Positions 17,117 to 27,163 of a stretch of 64,000 nucleotides of DNA are shown in pieces. Position 1 is the first letter of the stretch. Every line of letters begins with the position of its first letter. Made by a program: the position numbers and the translations under genes. This DNA comes from an uncultured bacterium (GTDB lineage Bacteria; Bacteroidota; Rhodothermia; Rhodothermales; DASSAV01). The stretch lies in NCBI GenBank assembly GCA_966250015.1, contig CBINFS010000015.1, positions 6,608 to 70,607 of the forward strand, in the 5' to 3' direction. The notes beneath the pieces are model-generated. The model was not told where the DNA came from. It saw nothing but the letters and a program-made list of their open reading frames with translations, and searched no databases.

Positions 17117-18160
17117 TCAGGTGCCGGGCGTCAAAACCGCTTTTACGTACTCCCCGGAATGCATCCCCTCAAAGCAGTCCAACCAGTCTTCAAGCGGAGC
17201 CACACGGCTGATGATCGGCCCGAGGTCGATCTGTCCCGAAACCAGCATACGAATCACGCGCTCCCAGACCGGCCAGTTGTGTGAGAAACTTCCCTGGATC
17301 CTGACGTTCTTCTGTACCATCGGGTCGAGGCTGAAGGCCATGGGTTGTGGACCCCACCCGACTTTGGTGATCTGCCCGGCAGGACGAACCGCCTGTAAAG
17401 CCTGGTTAAGCGTGGCCGATACACCTGCGGCGTCGATCACGACGTCCACCCCAAGCCCGTCACCTAGCTCTTTTACGCGCGACACAACGTCGCCATCCAC
17501 GGTTTCGTCGGCGCCGAGCTCCCGTGCGATTGCCAGCCGGCGTTGATCTGTCGGTAGTCCTGAAACGATCAGATATCCGGCTCCGCTCAACTTGGCCATC
17601 ATGGCACACAATAGCCCGATCGGCCCGGGGCCAATGACGAGCACGTGGTCGCCGGGACGGATGTGGGTGTTGACGCAGACAGCATTGTAGGCCACGCAAC
17701 ACGGCTCGGTCAGCGCCGCCTTCTCAAAGGCAAGGGTGTCCGGGATCACGTGAAGACATCGTTCAGGCGCTACGACGTACCGGGTCATGGCGCCGTCCAC
17801 CCCGTACCCGAATCCACGCCGGTCCGGATCCAGATTATATAATCCCTGCCTCGTATAAGGCGAATCCGGATTGATGACCGCGGCAGTCTCACTGACGACA
17901 CGATCCCCTAATTGAATGGACCTGACGCGGCTTCCCCTCTCGATGACGACCCCCGCAAATTCGTGCCCCAGGATTACCGGGTAGTTGACGGGCCAGCTGT
18001 GCGTAGCCATCCACTGATGAAGGTCGCTGCCGCACACCCCGACCGCTTTCACATCGAGAAGCACGTCTTCTTCACCGGGTACGGGGCGAGGTTTTTCCCT
18101 TAGCTCCACGCTCCCGGGCTCCGGTCCGTAGTTGACGATGGCGGGCATCGATTCAGCCAT
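17117..18160 (-). CDS. Zinc-dependent alcohol/polyol dehydrogenase (MDR)
   Basis: CGSDLH, GHEFAG, EPCCVA and GPGPIG; RBS GGAGGAGAGG before ATG 18160. Confidence 0.88.
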   Translation of the reverse strand: MAESMPAIVNYGPEPGSVELREKPRPVPGEEDVLLDVKAVGVCGSDLHQWMATHSWPVNYPVILGHEFAGVVIERGSRVRSIQLGDRVVSETAAVINPDSPYTRQGLYNLDPDRRGFGYGVDGAMTRYVVAPERCLHVIPDTLAFEKAALTEPCCVAYNAVCVNTHIRPGDHVLVIGPGPIGLLCAMMAKLSGAGYLIVSGLPTDQRRLAIARELGADETVDGDVVSRVKELGDGLGVDVVIDAAGVSATLNQALQAVRPAGQITKVGWGPQPMAFSLDPMVQKNVRIQGSFSHNWPVWERVIRMLVSGQIDLGPIISRVAPLEDWLDCFEGMHSGEYVKAVLTPGT

Positions 18161-18875
18161 GGCGATTTGCCTCTCCTCCGACCGGAACGTCTTCGTAAGC
18201 GTGGACCCGCTCGCAAATGTCACGAAGCACCGACCCTACATCCCCAGTTGCACTGCGGAACGCATATGCATCGATGGCCAGTGGCGCGCCGATGACAACC
18301 AGAGGCGCACCGTATTCCGGCGTCCTTATGGCTTGTTCGATCGTGAGCCCTCCAACCGCCTGGACGGGTACGTCAACCGCCTTCACGACGTCACGCAGAC
18401 GGTCGAGCGGCGATTCCCAGGCAAGATTACGTTTGGAGCGAAGCGTACGGTAATCGTACCCGATGTGGTGTATGATGTAGTCACATCCCAGATCGGCCAG
18501 GATGCGGGCGCCTTCGACTGGGTCCGGCATGGCCATCGTATCGCCCATCACCTTGACCCCCAGGTCACGCCCCGCCTGTACGACCAGCTCGACCGTTTCG
18601 GTATGGGCCCGACCCATGACGACTACGTGCGTAGCCCCTGCTTTCGCCATGATCTCAGCTTCGAGCCAGCCGCCGTCCATCGTTTTCAGATCGGCCACTA
18701 TCGGTACGTCCGGAAAGCGTGATCTCAGCTCGCGCACGCCGTGCATCCCTTCTGCGATAATCAGTGGAGTACCCGCTTCCAACCAGTCCACTCCGGCTCG
18801 CATAGCCGTATCAGCCATTTCGAGCGCTTCCGGGATGGTGGTCAGATCGAGTGAGATCTGAACGATTGGTTTCAT
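18153..18875 (-). CDS. OMPDC/HUMPS-family enzyme (3-hexulose-6-phosphate synthase / 3-keto-L-gulonate-6-P decarboxylase-like)
   Basis: QISLD, WLEAGTPLI, ADLKTMDGG (DxKxxD) and HHIGYD. Confidence 0.85.
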   Translation of the reverse strand: MKPIVQISLDLTTIPEALEMADTAMRAGVDWLEAGTPLIIAEGMHGVRELRSRFPDVPIVADLKTMDGGWLEAEIMAKAGATHVVVMGRAHTETVELVVQAGRDLGVKVMGDTMAMPDPVEGARILADLGCDYIIHHIGYDYRTLRSKRNLAWESPLDRLRDVVKAVDVPVQAVGGLTIEQAIRTPEYGAPLVVIGAPLAIDAYAFRSATGDVGSVLRDICERVHAYEDVPVGGEANRHG

Positions 18876-19097
18876 CGCGATTGACGAAGTGACTACAAGC
18901 GGTAAGAATAAAAAATAGCACCGGCAATGTACAGATTATTCCTGGTGAAGATGAACGCTTACCGTGAAAAGAGTCTGCCTAAACTGGCTGGTTGCGGCAA
19001 AATGTGCGATTTCTCCCTCCTGACTGGATACCTTTTCTTCTTCTCCGGTATCACCGATGAAATAGTACTAGAAACTCCTTAAACGCACGTTCTCCTG

Positions 19098-21920
19098 ATG
19101 ACCGATGAAAAAGACATCCTGACGTTTTCACCTGAAGCGGCAGGCATTTCACAGCCTCTCAGCGACCACATCCGGCTCCTGACGTCGGTTCTTGGCGGCG
19201 TAATCAGGGCCCAAGCTGGAGAAGAGACACTTTCACTTTTTGTCGACTTGCAGGAAAAGTGCCGTGAAGCTGCCGACGGCCTCTATCCGGAAAAGTGGGA
19301 AACGGTACGAGCGGTCATAAGGGACCTCGATACGAAAGAAATCGTCAGGCTGCTCCGGGCATACACGGCTTTCTTTCACCTCGTCAATCAGGCAGAACAG
19401 CAGGAAATCGTTCGGATCAACCGCGAACGAGCCGGCAAAGCAACCTTCGACAATCCCCGGGTCGAATCCATCGACGAAGCTTTTTTTGGGTTGAAGCAGA
19501 ATGGGGTTCCCCTCGAGGACGTCGTATCGCTACTTCAGCGGCTTGACATTCAGCCCACACTTACGGCCCATCCGACGGAGGCGCGGCGACGCAGCATCCT
19601 CCAGAAGCAGCTTAACATTGCCAACATCCTTACCGGGATAAGGCGGTGCATCATTACACCGGAAGAAGAAGAAACCGCGCGAGTGGACATCCAGAACCAG
19701 GTTGCCCTACTCTTCGGGACGGACGAGGTGCGTGAAAAAAGGCTTTCCGTAGAAGACGAGATCGAGCACGGGCTCCACTTCGTCCGAAACACCATCTGGA
19801 ATACGGTGCCTCGCATCTATCGCGACGTACAACGAGCGATCGAGATTTATTACGGGGTGGACGTTGAAATACCCACTTTCTTCCGTTTTCGGTCGTGGAT
19901 CGGCGGCGATCGCGACGGCAATCCCAACGTCACGGCTCGTGTCACCTTCCAGACCTTTCTCCATCACCGTCGCGTCGCCCTTTCCCTTTACCGGGAGGCC
20001 CTGGTCAACCTCAGACGTGAACTGAGTCTCTCCGATCAGCACGTATCCGTACCCGAATCGTTGTACCACTCCATAGAAGAGGATGCCCGATCGTTCGGCG
20101 CGGAGCATCACATCCCGCAGTATCGAAACGAGCCGTTCAGGACGAAGATTTCCTTCATGATCGCTCGGATCGATTCTTTACTCGAACAGCTTGATCGACC
20201 TGAAAGCTACGTCGATGCACCTGCTGCCGGCCGCTACGATAATAGGGCTTTTGTCAAGGACCTGGAGCTGCTCTCCGACGCCTTGCGCCGGAGCGGTCTG
20301 AACACCGCCATCCCCAGCCTCGAGCTCGCCAATCTGCTCGTTCAGGCCAGGGTATTCGGTTTCAACCTCGTCAAGCTCGACATCCGCCAGCACAGCAGTG
20401 TACACGCCAACGCCGTGAGCACTTTGCTGGAGCTCGCAGGAGTGGCGTCGGGTTACGAAGAGATGGACGAATCCGAACGGCTCCGCATACTCTCGGCGGA
20501 GCTTGCCAACCCGCGGCCGCTCGTCCCGATAGACGCAGAGCTCCCGGCGGACGTGCAGGAAGTACTCGAAACCTTCGAAGCCATTCGCCGGATCATCTCG
20601 ATCGATCCGGATGCGATAGGAAGCTACATCATCAGCATGACGCATAGCGTGAGCGACATGCTCGAAGTCATGCTCCTCGCCAAAGAAAGCGGACTCTGGA
20701 GCCGGCGAGCACAGGGCATAGCCACGCCTCTTGACCTTGTACCGCTATTCGAAACCATCGAAGACCTCTCTGAAGCCGGTGAGCGCACACGCGAGCTTTT
20801 CCAGCATCCCGTGTACCGGCAGCACCTGGAGGCGCGCGGCCGGTTCCAGGAGATCATGCTCGGCTACTCGGACAGCAACAAGGACGGTGGGTACTGGATG
20901 GCCAACCTCGCCCTCCACCGTGCACAGGAAAGCTTGGGAAAGGTCTGCGAGGAGTTCGGTATCGATTTCCGCCTTTTCCACGGCAGGGGTGGTACCGTCG
21001 GCCGTGGGGGCGGCAGAGCCGGTCAGGCGATCCAGGCGATGCCGCCAACCGTTCAGAATGGCCGGATCCGATTCACCGAACAGGGGGAAGTCATCTCCTT
21101 CCGGTATGGCCTGTCCGATCTCGCCCGCCGGCACCTCGAGCAGATCGTTCATGCCATGATCATCTCGACCGGAACGAGACACCAGCGCATCGTATCCACC
21201 ATTCCGAAGGTTTCCGAGCCTACGTTCGAGTTCAGGGATATAGCGGAGCAATCGATGGAGGAATACCGGAATCTGATTGACGATCCCGGCTTCTGGGCGT
21301 GGTACACCAACATCACCCCAATCGAGCAGATCAGCCGGCTGCCTATAGCGTCGAGGCCTGTGTCGAGAGGCTCGGCCCACGAAGTGGATTTCGAGGGGCT
21401 ACGCGCCATACCCTGGGTATTTGCCTGGACGCAGACGCGCTACATGGTACCGGGCTGGTACGGAGTCGGGCGTGCGCTCGATCATCACGTGCAAGAAAAT
21501 GAAACACGTCTAGAAGCGCTCCAAAAGGCCTACAGAGACTCAAGCCTGTTTCAGGCCATCATCAACAACGCCGAACGCGAGCTGGCAAGGACGAGACTCC
21601 CCATCGCTTCTTTTTATTCTCAACAACTCGCCATCGACGAGGTATCGGCACAACGCCTCCACGAAAAAATCGCTCACGACTTCGAGAAGGCCCGGGACCT
21701 CATTCTAACCATTACCGGGCAGGAACGGTTGCTCGATCACCGTCCCGAAATACAGAACTCGATCGAGTTCCGCAACCCGTTTACCGACGTGCTAAACCTG
21801 ATGCAGGTGGAATTGCTCGGGAGGTATCGATCAGCGTCCGGGAAAGATCGCGACTACCTGCGAAGGGCGATATTCCTTAGCATAAACGGAATTGCCGCTG
21901 CGGTGCAAAGCACGGGTTGA
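19098..21920 (+). CDS. ppc: Phosphoenolpyruvate carboxylase
   Basis: LTAHPTE, SWIGGDRDGNP, MLGYSDSNKDGG, FHGRGGTVGRGGG and LRAIPWVFAWTQ. Confidence 0.97.
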   Translation: MTDEKDILTFSPEAAGISQPLSDHIRLLTSVLGGVIRAQAGEETLSLFVDLQEKCREAADGLYPEKWETVRAVIRDLDTKEIVRLLRAYTAFFHLVNQAEQQEIVRINRERAGKATFDNPRVESIDEAFFGLKQNGVPLEDVVSLLQRLDIQPTLTAHPTEARRRSILQKQLNIANILTGIRRCIITPEEEETARVDIQNQVALLFGTDEVREKRLSVEDEIEHGLHFVRNTIWNTVPRIYRDVQRAIEIYYGVDVEIPTFFRFRSWIGGDRDGNPNVTARVTFQTFLHHRRVALSLYREALVNLRRELSLSDQHVSVPESLYHSIEEDARSFGAEHHIPQYRNEPFRTKISFMIARIDSLLEQLDRPESYVDAPAAGRYDNRAFVKDLELLSDALRRSGLNTAIPSLELANLLVQARVFGFNLVKLDIRQHSSVHANAVSTLLELAGVASGYEEMDESERLRILSAELANPRPLVPIDAELPADVQEVLETFEAIRRIISIDPDAIGSYIISMTHSVSDMLEVMLLAKESGLWSRRAQGIATPLDLVPLFETIEDLSEAGERTRELFQHPVYRQHLEARGRFQEIMLGYSDSNKDGGYWMANLALHRAQESLGKVCEEFGIDFRLFHGRGGTVGRGGGRAGQAIQAMPPTVQNGRIRFTEQGEVISFRYGLSDLARRHLEQIVHAMIISTGTRHQRIVSTIPKVSEPTFEFRDIAEQSMEEYRNLIDDPGFWAWYTNITPIEQISRLPIASRPVSRGSAHEVDFEGLRAIPWVFAWTQTRYMVPGWYGVGRALDHHVQENETRLEALQKAYRDSSLFQAIINNAERELARTRLPIASFYSQQLAIDEVSAQRLHEKIAHDFEKARDLILTITGQERLLDHRPEIQNSIEFRNPFTDVLNLMQVELLGRYRSASGKDRDYLRRAIFLSINGIAAAVQSTG

Positions 21921-21927
21921 CATTTAA

Positions 21928-22272
21928 CTACCCCTCGATTTCCGTTACAAGCTGGATTTCCCTGAGTACGCCTTGCACGCGAAAGCAGTCCTCAAAGCTG
22001 CCTTCGTACACGGCGGCTTTTCCATTGATATGTGCTTCCCACGCGTACGCCTCCGCCTGTGACTCCGAACATCCGGTAGCCTTCATGACCTGAAAAATCA
22101 CCTCGTCGAACGAGTGAATGTCGTCGTTGTAAAGGATGACGCGCCAGGGATCGTCGATCCGTTCCTGTGTCTCGTCCTCCTCCAAGACGTCAACTTCCAC
22201 GTCCGGAGCACCCGGCAAGGCTTCCGGAGCACCGGCGGACCAGAGATAACGGGGAATTGATCGATCTGACAT
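21928..22272 (-). CDS. clpS: ATP-dependent Clp protease adaptor ClpS (paralog 1)
   Basis: WRVILYNDDIHSFDEVI...AWEAHINGKAAV; start uncertain (22272 or 22317). Confidence 0.85.
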   Translation of the reverse strand: MSDRSIPRYLWSAGAPEALPGAPDVEVDVLEEDETQERIDDPWRVILYNDDIHSFDEVIFQVMKATGCSESQAEAYAWEAHINGKAAVYEGSFEDCFRVQGVLREIQLVTEIEG

Positions 22273-22313
22273 ACCCGGTTTGCTCGTAATTACTTCCAAC
22301 GTGGCAACTACGG

Positions 22314-22577
22314 TCAAACGCTCTCTTTTGCAACCTCTTCGACCGAAACGATGTAGTCCTCCATCACCGGATTGGCGAGCAGCTTCTGACAGGCTTCACG
22401 GGCACGTTCCTCCGCGGCCTCCAGTGAATCGGCTTCGATCCACATCTCGACGTACTTACCCATCCGGACGTGGGTTACGTCGGAGAAACCCAGATTGGAA
22501 AGCGCGTGTTGTGTAGCCTTTCCCTGTGGATCGAGAATAGAAGGACGAAGCGTTATTTGAATATTGGCTTTATACAT
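22314..22577 (-). CDS. purS: Phosphoribosylformylglycinamidine synthase subunit PurS
   Basis: LRPSILDPQGKA, VRMGK and LLANPVMEDY; start set at MYKANI (22577). Confidence 0.95.
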   Translation of the reverse strand: MYKANIQITLRPSILDPQGKATQHALSNLGFSDVTHVRMGKYVEMWIEADSLEAAEERAREACQKLLANPVMEDYIVSVEEVAKESV

Positions 22578-22684
22578 GGTACACCGTTTCGTGTCGGGAT
22601 GAAAATGCAAGCAGAAAGAAGTATGTGAAAATAAGCACGCTTTCAGGAGTTCGCCAGGAAGCAGACCCACGATCCACGTCAAAG

Positions 22685-23587
22685 TCATTCAGTCGGTTCG
22701 TGGTTGGTCCCGGTCCCGTCAGTCGGTGCGTTGAGGATGGCCTTGATGACACTACGTACGGCCTGTCCCACTCCCCAGAGCAGGTACACCGTAAGCACGA
22801 TGAGAAGGCCTACCTGTTGCAGGAAGACGAACAACAAGAATGCGATGAAATAGGCCGCCGATTTTTTCGGATGCTGCCGGATGTACGCAGGGGTCGGTTT
22901 CGGAACGGCGTCGAACGGGATCGTGGAGACCATCAAAAACGACAGGAAAAACACGATCGGAACCAATAGCGAGAGGTTGTTGATGCTGAACCGACTGAAC
23001 CACTCCGCGTTGTCGAAATTGAGTATGAGCGCGACGATGATGATGGCCGCTCCGGGAATCGGCAGACCGACGAAGTATTCCTTCTTCTCGGTGAACCCCA
23101 CGTTGAAACGTGCCAGCCGGACGGCGCCGGAAACGGCGGGTAACGACGATACGATCAATCCCAACACCCCGAACTCCCTGAGGCCGAAGGCATAGACGAG
23201 GAACGACGGCGCGATCCCGAATGAAACCACGTCACTAAGGGAATCGAGCTGGACGCCAAACGAGCTCGAAGAATGCGTCAGCCTGGCCATCATGCCGTCG
23301 AGAACGTCGAAAAACCCTGCCAGAACGATCAACCAGCAGGCGTAATCGAACCGTCCTCCGTAGATCTGCGTGATCGCCACGAACCCGCTGAAGAGGTTCA
23401 TCAACGTAAAAAAAGAAGGGACTGCCTCGGCGGGAATGGGCCGCCGGCCGTCAACGCGACGAGATTCCCGGTACGCACCGAGCCGCTCGCGAAAGCGACG
23501 TTGCTTTTCACCCGGTTGGTTCTGACGGATGGATAATAACCTCGATCTACGCGACATCCCGTTCCCCGGCATGCTCTGCCTTGACAT
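22685..23587 (-). CDS. pssA: CDP-diacylglycerol--serine O-phosphatidyltransferase
   Basis: CDP-alcohol phosphotransferase motif DVLDGMMAR...G..LDSLSD and RLARFN; adjacent to psd; true start may be 23572 or 23557. Confidence 0.92.
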   Translation of the reverse strand: MSRQSMPGNGMSRRSRLLSIRQNQPGEKQRRFRERLGAYRESRRVDGRRPIPAEAVPSFFTLMNLFSGFVAITQIYGGRFDYACWLIVLAGFFDVLDGMMARLTHSSSSFGVQLDSLSDVVSFGIAPSFLVYAFGLREFGVLGLIVSSLPAVSGAVRLARFNVGFTEKKEYFVGLPIPGAAIIIVALILNFDNAEWFSRFSINNLSLLVPIVFFLSFLMVSTIPFDAVPKPTPAYIRQHPKKSAAYFIAFLLFVFLQQVGLLIVLTVYLLWGVGQAVRSVIKAILNAPTDGTGTNHEPTE

Positions 23588-24269
23588 GGTTACCTTTACC
23601 TATTTCAGTCTCTTCGGGAAGCCTGGCGATGACCGTCAACCCCGCGGAAACACGGTCACCAACCCTGGCGATGACCTCCACTTCCGGTGGGACCAGCACG
23701 TCCATTCGTGATCCGAATTTGACGATGCCAAAACGCTGGCCAGCCGTTACGACGTCCCCGGGCTTGAGATCGAACACGATCCTGCGCGCCACGGCTCCCG
23801 CGATTTGTTTAAATAGTATCTTTATGCCGCTGGGGTGAAGCATCCCAATTTCCGACCGCTCGTTCTTTTCGCTCGCCTTGGGGTGCCAGGCTACCAGGTA
23901 TTCGCCCTTAAAATAGTTGACGTATTCGATCTTCCCATTGGCCGGCACTCGATTGACGTGAACGTTGAGCGGTGAGAGAAAGATCGAAATCTGCCTGGCA
24001 GGACCCTTAAGATAGAGCGGCTCCTCGACCTCGATTATTTGGACAACTTTACCGTCAGCCGGTGCAAGAATAAGAAGACCTTCTGCCGCCTCATCGGGTG
24101 GTATGCGCTGCGGATCTCTGAAAAAGTACAGCGTAAATCCTACGAGAACGGTCGCAAGCACTATGAGTACCGGTCGCAGGGCACCCGGCAGCATAAAGGC
24201 AATAGCGACCAGGAGGACTGCAATAAAAACCACCACACCGATGATAGAGTATCCTTCTCTTGCAAACAC
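23547..24269 (-). CDS. psd: Phosphatidylserine decarboxylase proenzyme
   Basis: FFRDP, APADGKV, IFLSPLNVHVNR and KFGSRMD (GS autocleavage site). Confidence 0.95.
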   Translation of the reverse strand: MFAREGYSIIGVVVFIAVLLVAIAFMLPGALRPVLIVLATVLVGFTLYFFRDPQRIPPDEAAEGLLILAPADGKVVQIIEVEEPLYLKGPARQISIFLSPLNVHVNRVPANGKIEYVNYFKGEYLVAWHPKASEKNERSEIGMLHPSGIKILFKQIAGAVARRIVFDLKPGDVVTAGQRFGIVKFGSRMDVLVPPEVEVIARVGDRVSAGLTVIARLPEETEIGKGNHVKAEHAGERDVA

Positions 24270-24481
24270 GTTAATTCAAATACTTTAGGAAACCGTAACG
24301 TACGGTTCACGTTGCAAAGCCCCGTCATCAAGGGCAGGAGCGTCAAAATACGCAACCTGTACCCGGGATTGTAGATGAATCCATCGTGATAAATCACAAT
24401 CCCGATTTAGGCGCGATCCTGCTGATCCTTTGACGCCTGAATGAACCTGCTGATTCGTAAATCTGGCAACGATCCGGTACT

Positions 24482-25804
24482 ATGGCACGTGTGTCGTTTT
24501 ATACACTGGGCTGCAAGTTAAACTATGCGGAGACGAGCACGATCTCCCGGGAGTTCGAAGATCGTGACTTCGAGATCGTACCTTTCGGCGCCCCGGCAGA
24601 CGTAACCGTCATCAACACGTGCAGTGTAACGGAGGAAGCCGACAGACAATGCAGGCAGATCATACGGCGAGCGCTCCGGCTAAATCCAGGTACGTTCATC
24701 GCGGTGACGGGTTGCTACGCACAGCTTCGACCCGACGAAATCGCGGCGATCGAGGGGGTAGATGTGGTCCTCGGCGCCAACGAGAAATTTCGACTGTTCG
24801 AAATAGTTCAAGCGTTTGAGAAAAAGGAACGTACGCAGATCGAGGTTTCCTGCATCGATCACGTGACGACGTACGGATCCGCCTATTCCTCCGGCGACCG
24901 TACGCGCGCATTTTTGAAGGTCCAGGACGGCTGTGACTACACGTGCTCCTTCTGCACGATCCCGTTTGCCCGAGGGAAAAGCCGGTCCCAACCGTTGGAG
25001 GAGACGTTGCAGAAAGCAAGAGAAGTAGCCGACCTCGGGTACAAAGAGGTTGTCCTCAGCGGCGTCAACATCGGCCTTTTCGGTCAGGAGCACGGCGTAA
25101 CCCTTCTCGATCTGCTAATCGGTCTCGAAAAAATCGAAAAGATCGAACGATATCGCATTTCATCGATCGAGCCCAACCTGCTCACCGACGAGATCATTGA
25201 GTTCGTGGCGCAGTCGCAGCGATTTCAGCCTCACTTCCACGTTCCACTTCAAAGCGGCGACAACCACGTGCTCGGTAAGATGCGGCGTCGATACCGGAGA
25301 GAGGTTTTCGCAGACCGGGTGAACACCATCAAACACCTGATTCCCCATGCCTGTGTGGGAGCGGACGTCATCGTCGGTTTCCCTGCCGAAAACGAGGCCA
25401 GGTTTGACGAAACCGTCCGCTTTATCGAGGACCTGCCGCTCTCCTACCTGCACGTATTTACCTATTCCGAGCGAGCAAATACCGTGGCGGTCACTGAGCT
25501 GGAAAAAATCGGTGAGCCCGTTCCAAAGGCCGAACGGTCCCGCCGCAACCACGTACTCCGCCTGCTTTCCGAGAAGAAGCGCCACGAGTTTTACCGCAAG
25601 CACATTGGGACCGTACGCCCGGTACTGTGGGAGGGTGCGGAAAAGAACGGGGTGATGTACGGGTTCACGGACAACTACATTAAAGTGCAGCGCCCGGCTG
25701 ACAGCGCCTACGAAGGTGTGATCGAAAACGTCTTCCTCGATTCCTTCGCGCCTGACGGCACGATCCACACCGGTTACGCGGATATGCAGGTGCTCGCGAA
25801 CTGA
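24482..25804 (+). CDS. mtaB: tRNA t6A37 methylthiotransferase MtaB
   Basis: TLGCKLNYAET, INTCSVT, VTGCYAQ, radical SAM CDYTCSFC, and C-terminal TDNY. Confidence 0.93.
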   Translation: MARVSFYTLGCKLNYAETSTISREFEDRDFEIVPFGAPADVTVINTCSVTEEADRQCRQIIRRALRLNPGTFIAVTGCYAQLRPDEIAAIEGVDVVLGANEKFRLFEIVQAFEKKERTQIEVSCIDHVTTYGSAYSSGDRTRAFLKVQDGCDYTCSFCTIPFARGKSRSQPLEETLQKAREVADLGYKEVVLSGVNIGLFGQEHGVTLLDLLIGLEKIEKIERYRISSIEPNLLTDEIIEFVAQSQRFQPHFHVPLQSGDNHVLGKMRRRYRREVFADRVNTIKHLIPHACVGADVIVGFPAENEARFDETVRFIEDLPLSYLHVFTYSERANTVAVTELEKIGEPVPKAERSRRNHVLRLLSEKKRHEFYRKHIGTVRPVLWEGAEKNGVMYGFTDNYIKVQRPADSAYEGVIENVFLDSFAPDGTIHTGYADMQVLAN

Positions 25805-25814
25805 GGTATCGAGT

Positions 25815-26306
25815 TCATTCCAGCGTTTTCGGAAGGACGAGCCACACCAGCGTCCCCGTCCCCTGATTCACCTCCCGCCAGGAGTCGACCTCCAGGTCGA
25901 TACGCGCCATTGCGGCAGTCGGGAAACGAACGGCGGTGCCTCCAGTGAGCAGCCGAATCGTCATGGACAGTGACGGCTCATGCCCGACAACGAGTACGTT
26001 TTCGACGGCGTCTTCTATCGAATGTAAAACATCCAGCACCCCACCGGGGCTCGCTTCGTAGAGCTCATCAGTCACCTGCACCGGTACGTCCCATTGCGTG
26101 GCCTCAAGGGCGACGTCGAGCGTTTCCCTCGCGCGCTGTGCAGACGAGGTGATGCACACGTCAGGCACGAATCCTGTGTCCTTCAAATACTTCCCCATCT
26201 TCCGTGAAGCCTTGACGCCTCGCTTTTTTAATGGCCGCTCGTGATCACTTTGCTCTTCCGTATCCCAATCCGACTTTCCGTGCCTGAAAAAGATGACGTT
26301 TTTCAT
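25815..26306 (-). CDS. sixA: Phosphohistidine phosphatase SixA family
   Basis: RHGKS, SSAQRARET and VVGHEPS. Confidence 0.88.
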   Translation of the reverse strand: MKNVIFFRHGKSDWDTEEQSDHERPLKKRGVKASRKMGKYLKDTGFVPDVCITSSAQRARETLDVALEATQWDVPVQVTDELYEASPGGVLDVLHSIEDAVENVLVVGHEPSLSMTIRLLTGGTAVRFPTAAMARIDLEVDSWREVNQGTGTLVWLVLPKTLE

Positions 26307-26342
26307 GAGTATGTCGCTTTAAGTGTTAAGTCGGCCTGCCTT

Positions 26343-27095
26343 TTACGGAATTACGGAATTGGGAACCTGAACCACCGAACTATTGACCGTCATGATGAAA
26401 ACCGTGATGTACAGTATGACGCCGACCGTTAGTGCAATGGTAAAGGTGGTATATGAGTATCGTAAATATCGAAACTTGAAGGCCAGCACATGCCCGAGGT
26501 TGTATATGTCCACCATCATGTCTCGGTACAACCGGTCAGTGTCCTGAAGCAGTTCACTCATGCTGGTCAGGTATTCATCTTCGGAAAGCCCGACGAAATT
26601 ATTGAAAAACAAGATACTGGTATTGCGCCCTCTCTGCCCCGGCCTGGCTTCCAGTTTTCTACTGATTCGGGGCCGCGCAGCCTGAATCGCATTGACGATG
26701 GAAACAAGGCAACCGATGAGCAGCACCGACGTCGGAATGAGCAACCACGGATTGGCGTCGATCTTTGGTGAGATGGAGGCCAAAACGAACGATATGATGA
26801 TGCCGTTGATCGTGATCATGATGTTCGCCTTATTGTCGGCGAGCGCGCTCAGGTCGACGTGCTGCCGGTAAGAAGTGCGAAACATCGTCTCGATGCCTCT
26901 CTCCGATCCAATCCCCTTATCCTTCTTTTTCTTCTTCTTTTTGTCCTTTCTCTCCTTCTCAAGCTGAGTCGCCTCGACCTGTTCGAGCCTAACCGGATAA
27001 CTGCCAGGATCAGACACGGATAGAGGGGTCCCGACCTCTTTCTCACCATTGGGTGCGGTGAGCCTGGTTTGCAATTTGGTGCGCTTTTCTTCCAT
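26343..27095 (-). CDS. DUF5706 / Pycsar-effector-like (PycTM-type) membrane protein, stand-alone
   Basis: ERGIETMFR...HVDLSALADNKANIMITINGIII, TM helices, ILFF and LAFKFRYLRYSY, preceded by a Lys-rich segment. Confidence 0.8.
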   Translation of the reverse strand: MEEKRTKLQTRLTAPNGEKEVGTPLSVSDPGSYPVRLEQVEATQLEKERKDKKKKKKKDKGIGSERGIETMFRTSYRQHVDLSALADNKANIMITINGIIISFVLASISPKIDANPWLLIPTSVLLIGCLVSIVNAIQAARPRISRKLEARPGQRGRNTSILFFNNFVGLSEDEYLTSMSELLQDTDRLYRDMMVDIYNLGHVLAFKFRYLRYSYTTFTIALTVGVILYITVFIMTVNSSVVQVPNSVIP

Positions 27096-27163
27096 GGGGA
27101 TTATCCTCCCTCGATTTAGTTACTGCCGGACGTTTCGTCCTCGATCCGGTCGGTTTGCCCTGC

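Noticed and set aside
18153-18875. RuMP formaldehyde-fixation module
   Set aside because: No hxlB/PHI or C1 genes are adjacent; the context is sugar catabolism
26915-26960. Low-complexity CTT/TTTT run as a phase-variable SSR
   Set aside because: It is an irregular in-frame Lys/Glu-coding stretch, not a perfect tandem repeat
26343-27095. Complete Pycsar anti-phage system
   Set aside because: Only the effector-like gene is present; no PycC or other nucleotide cyclase motif is recognisable in the window
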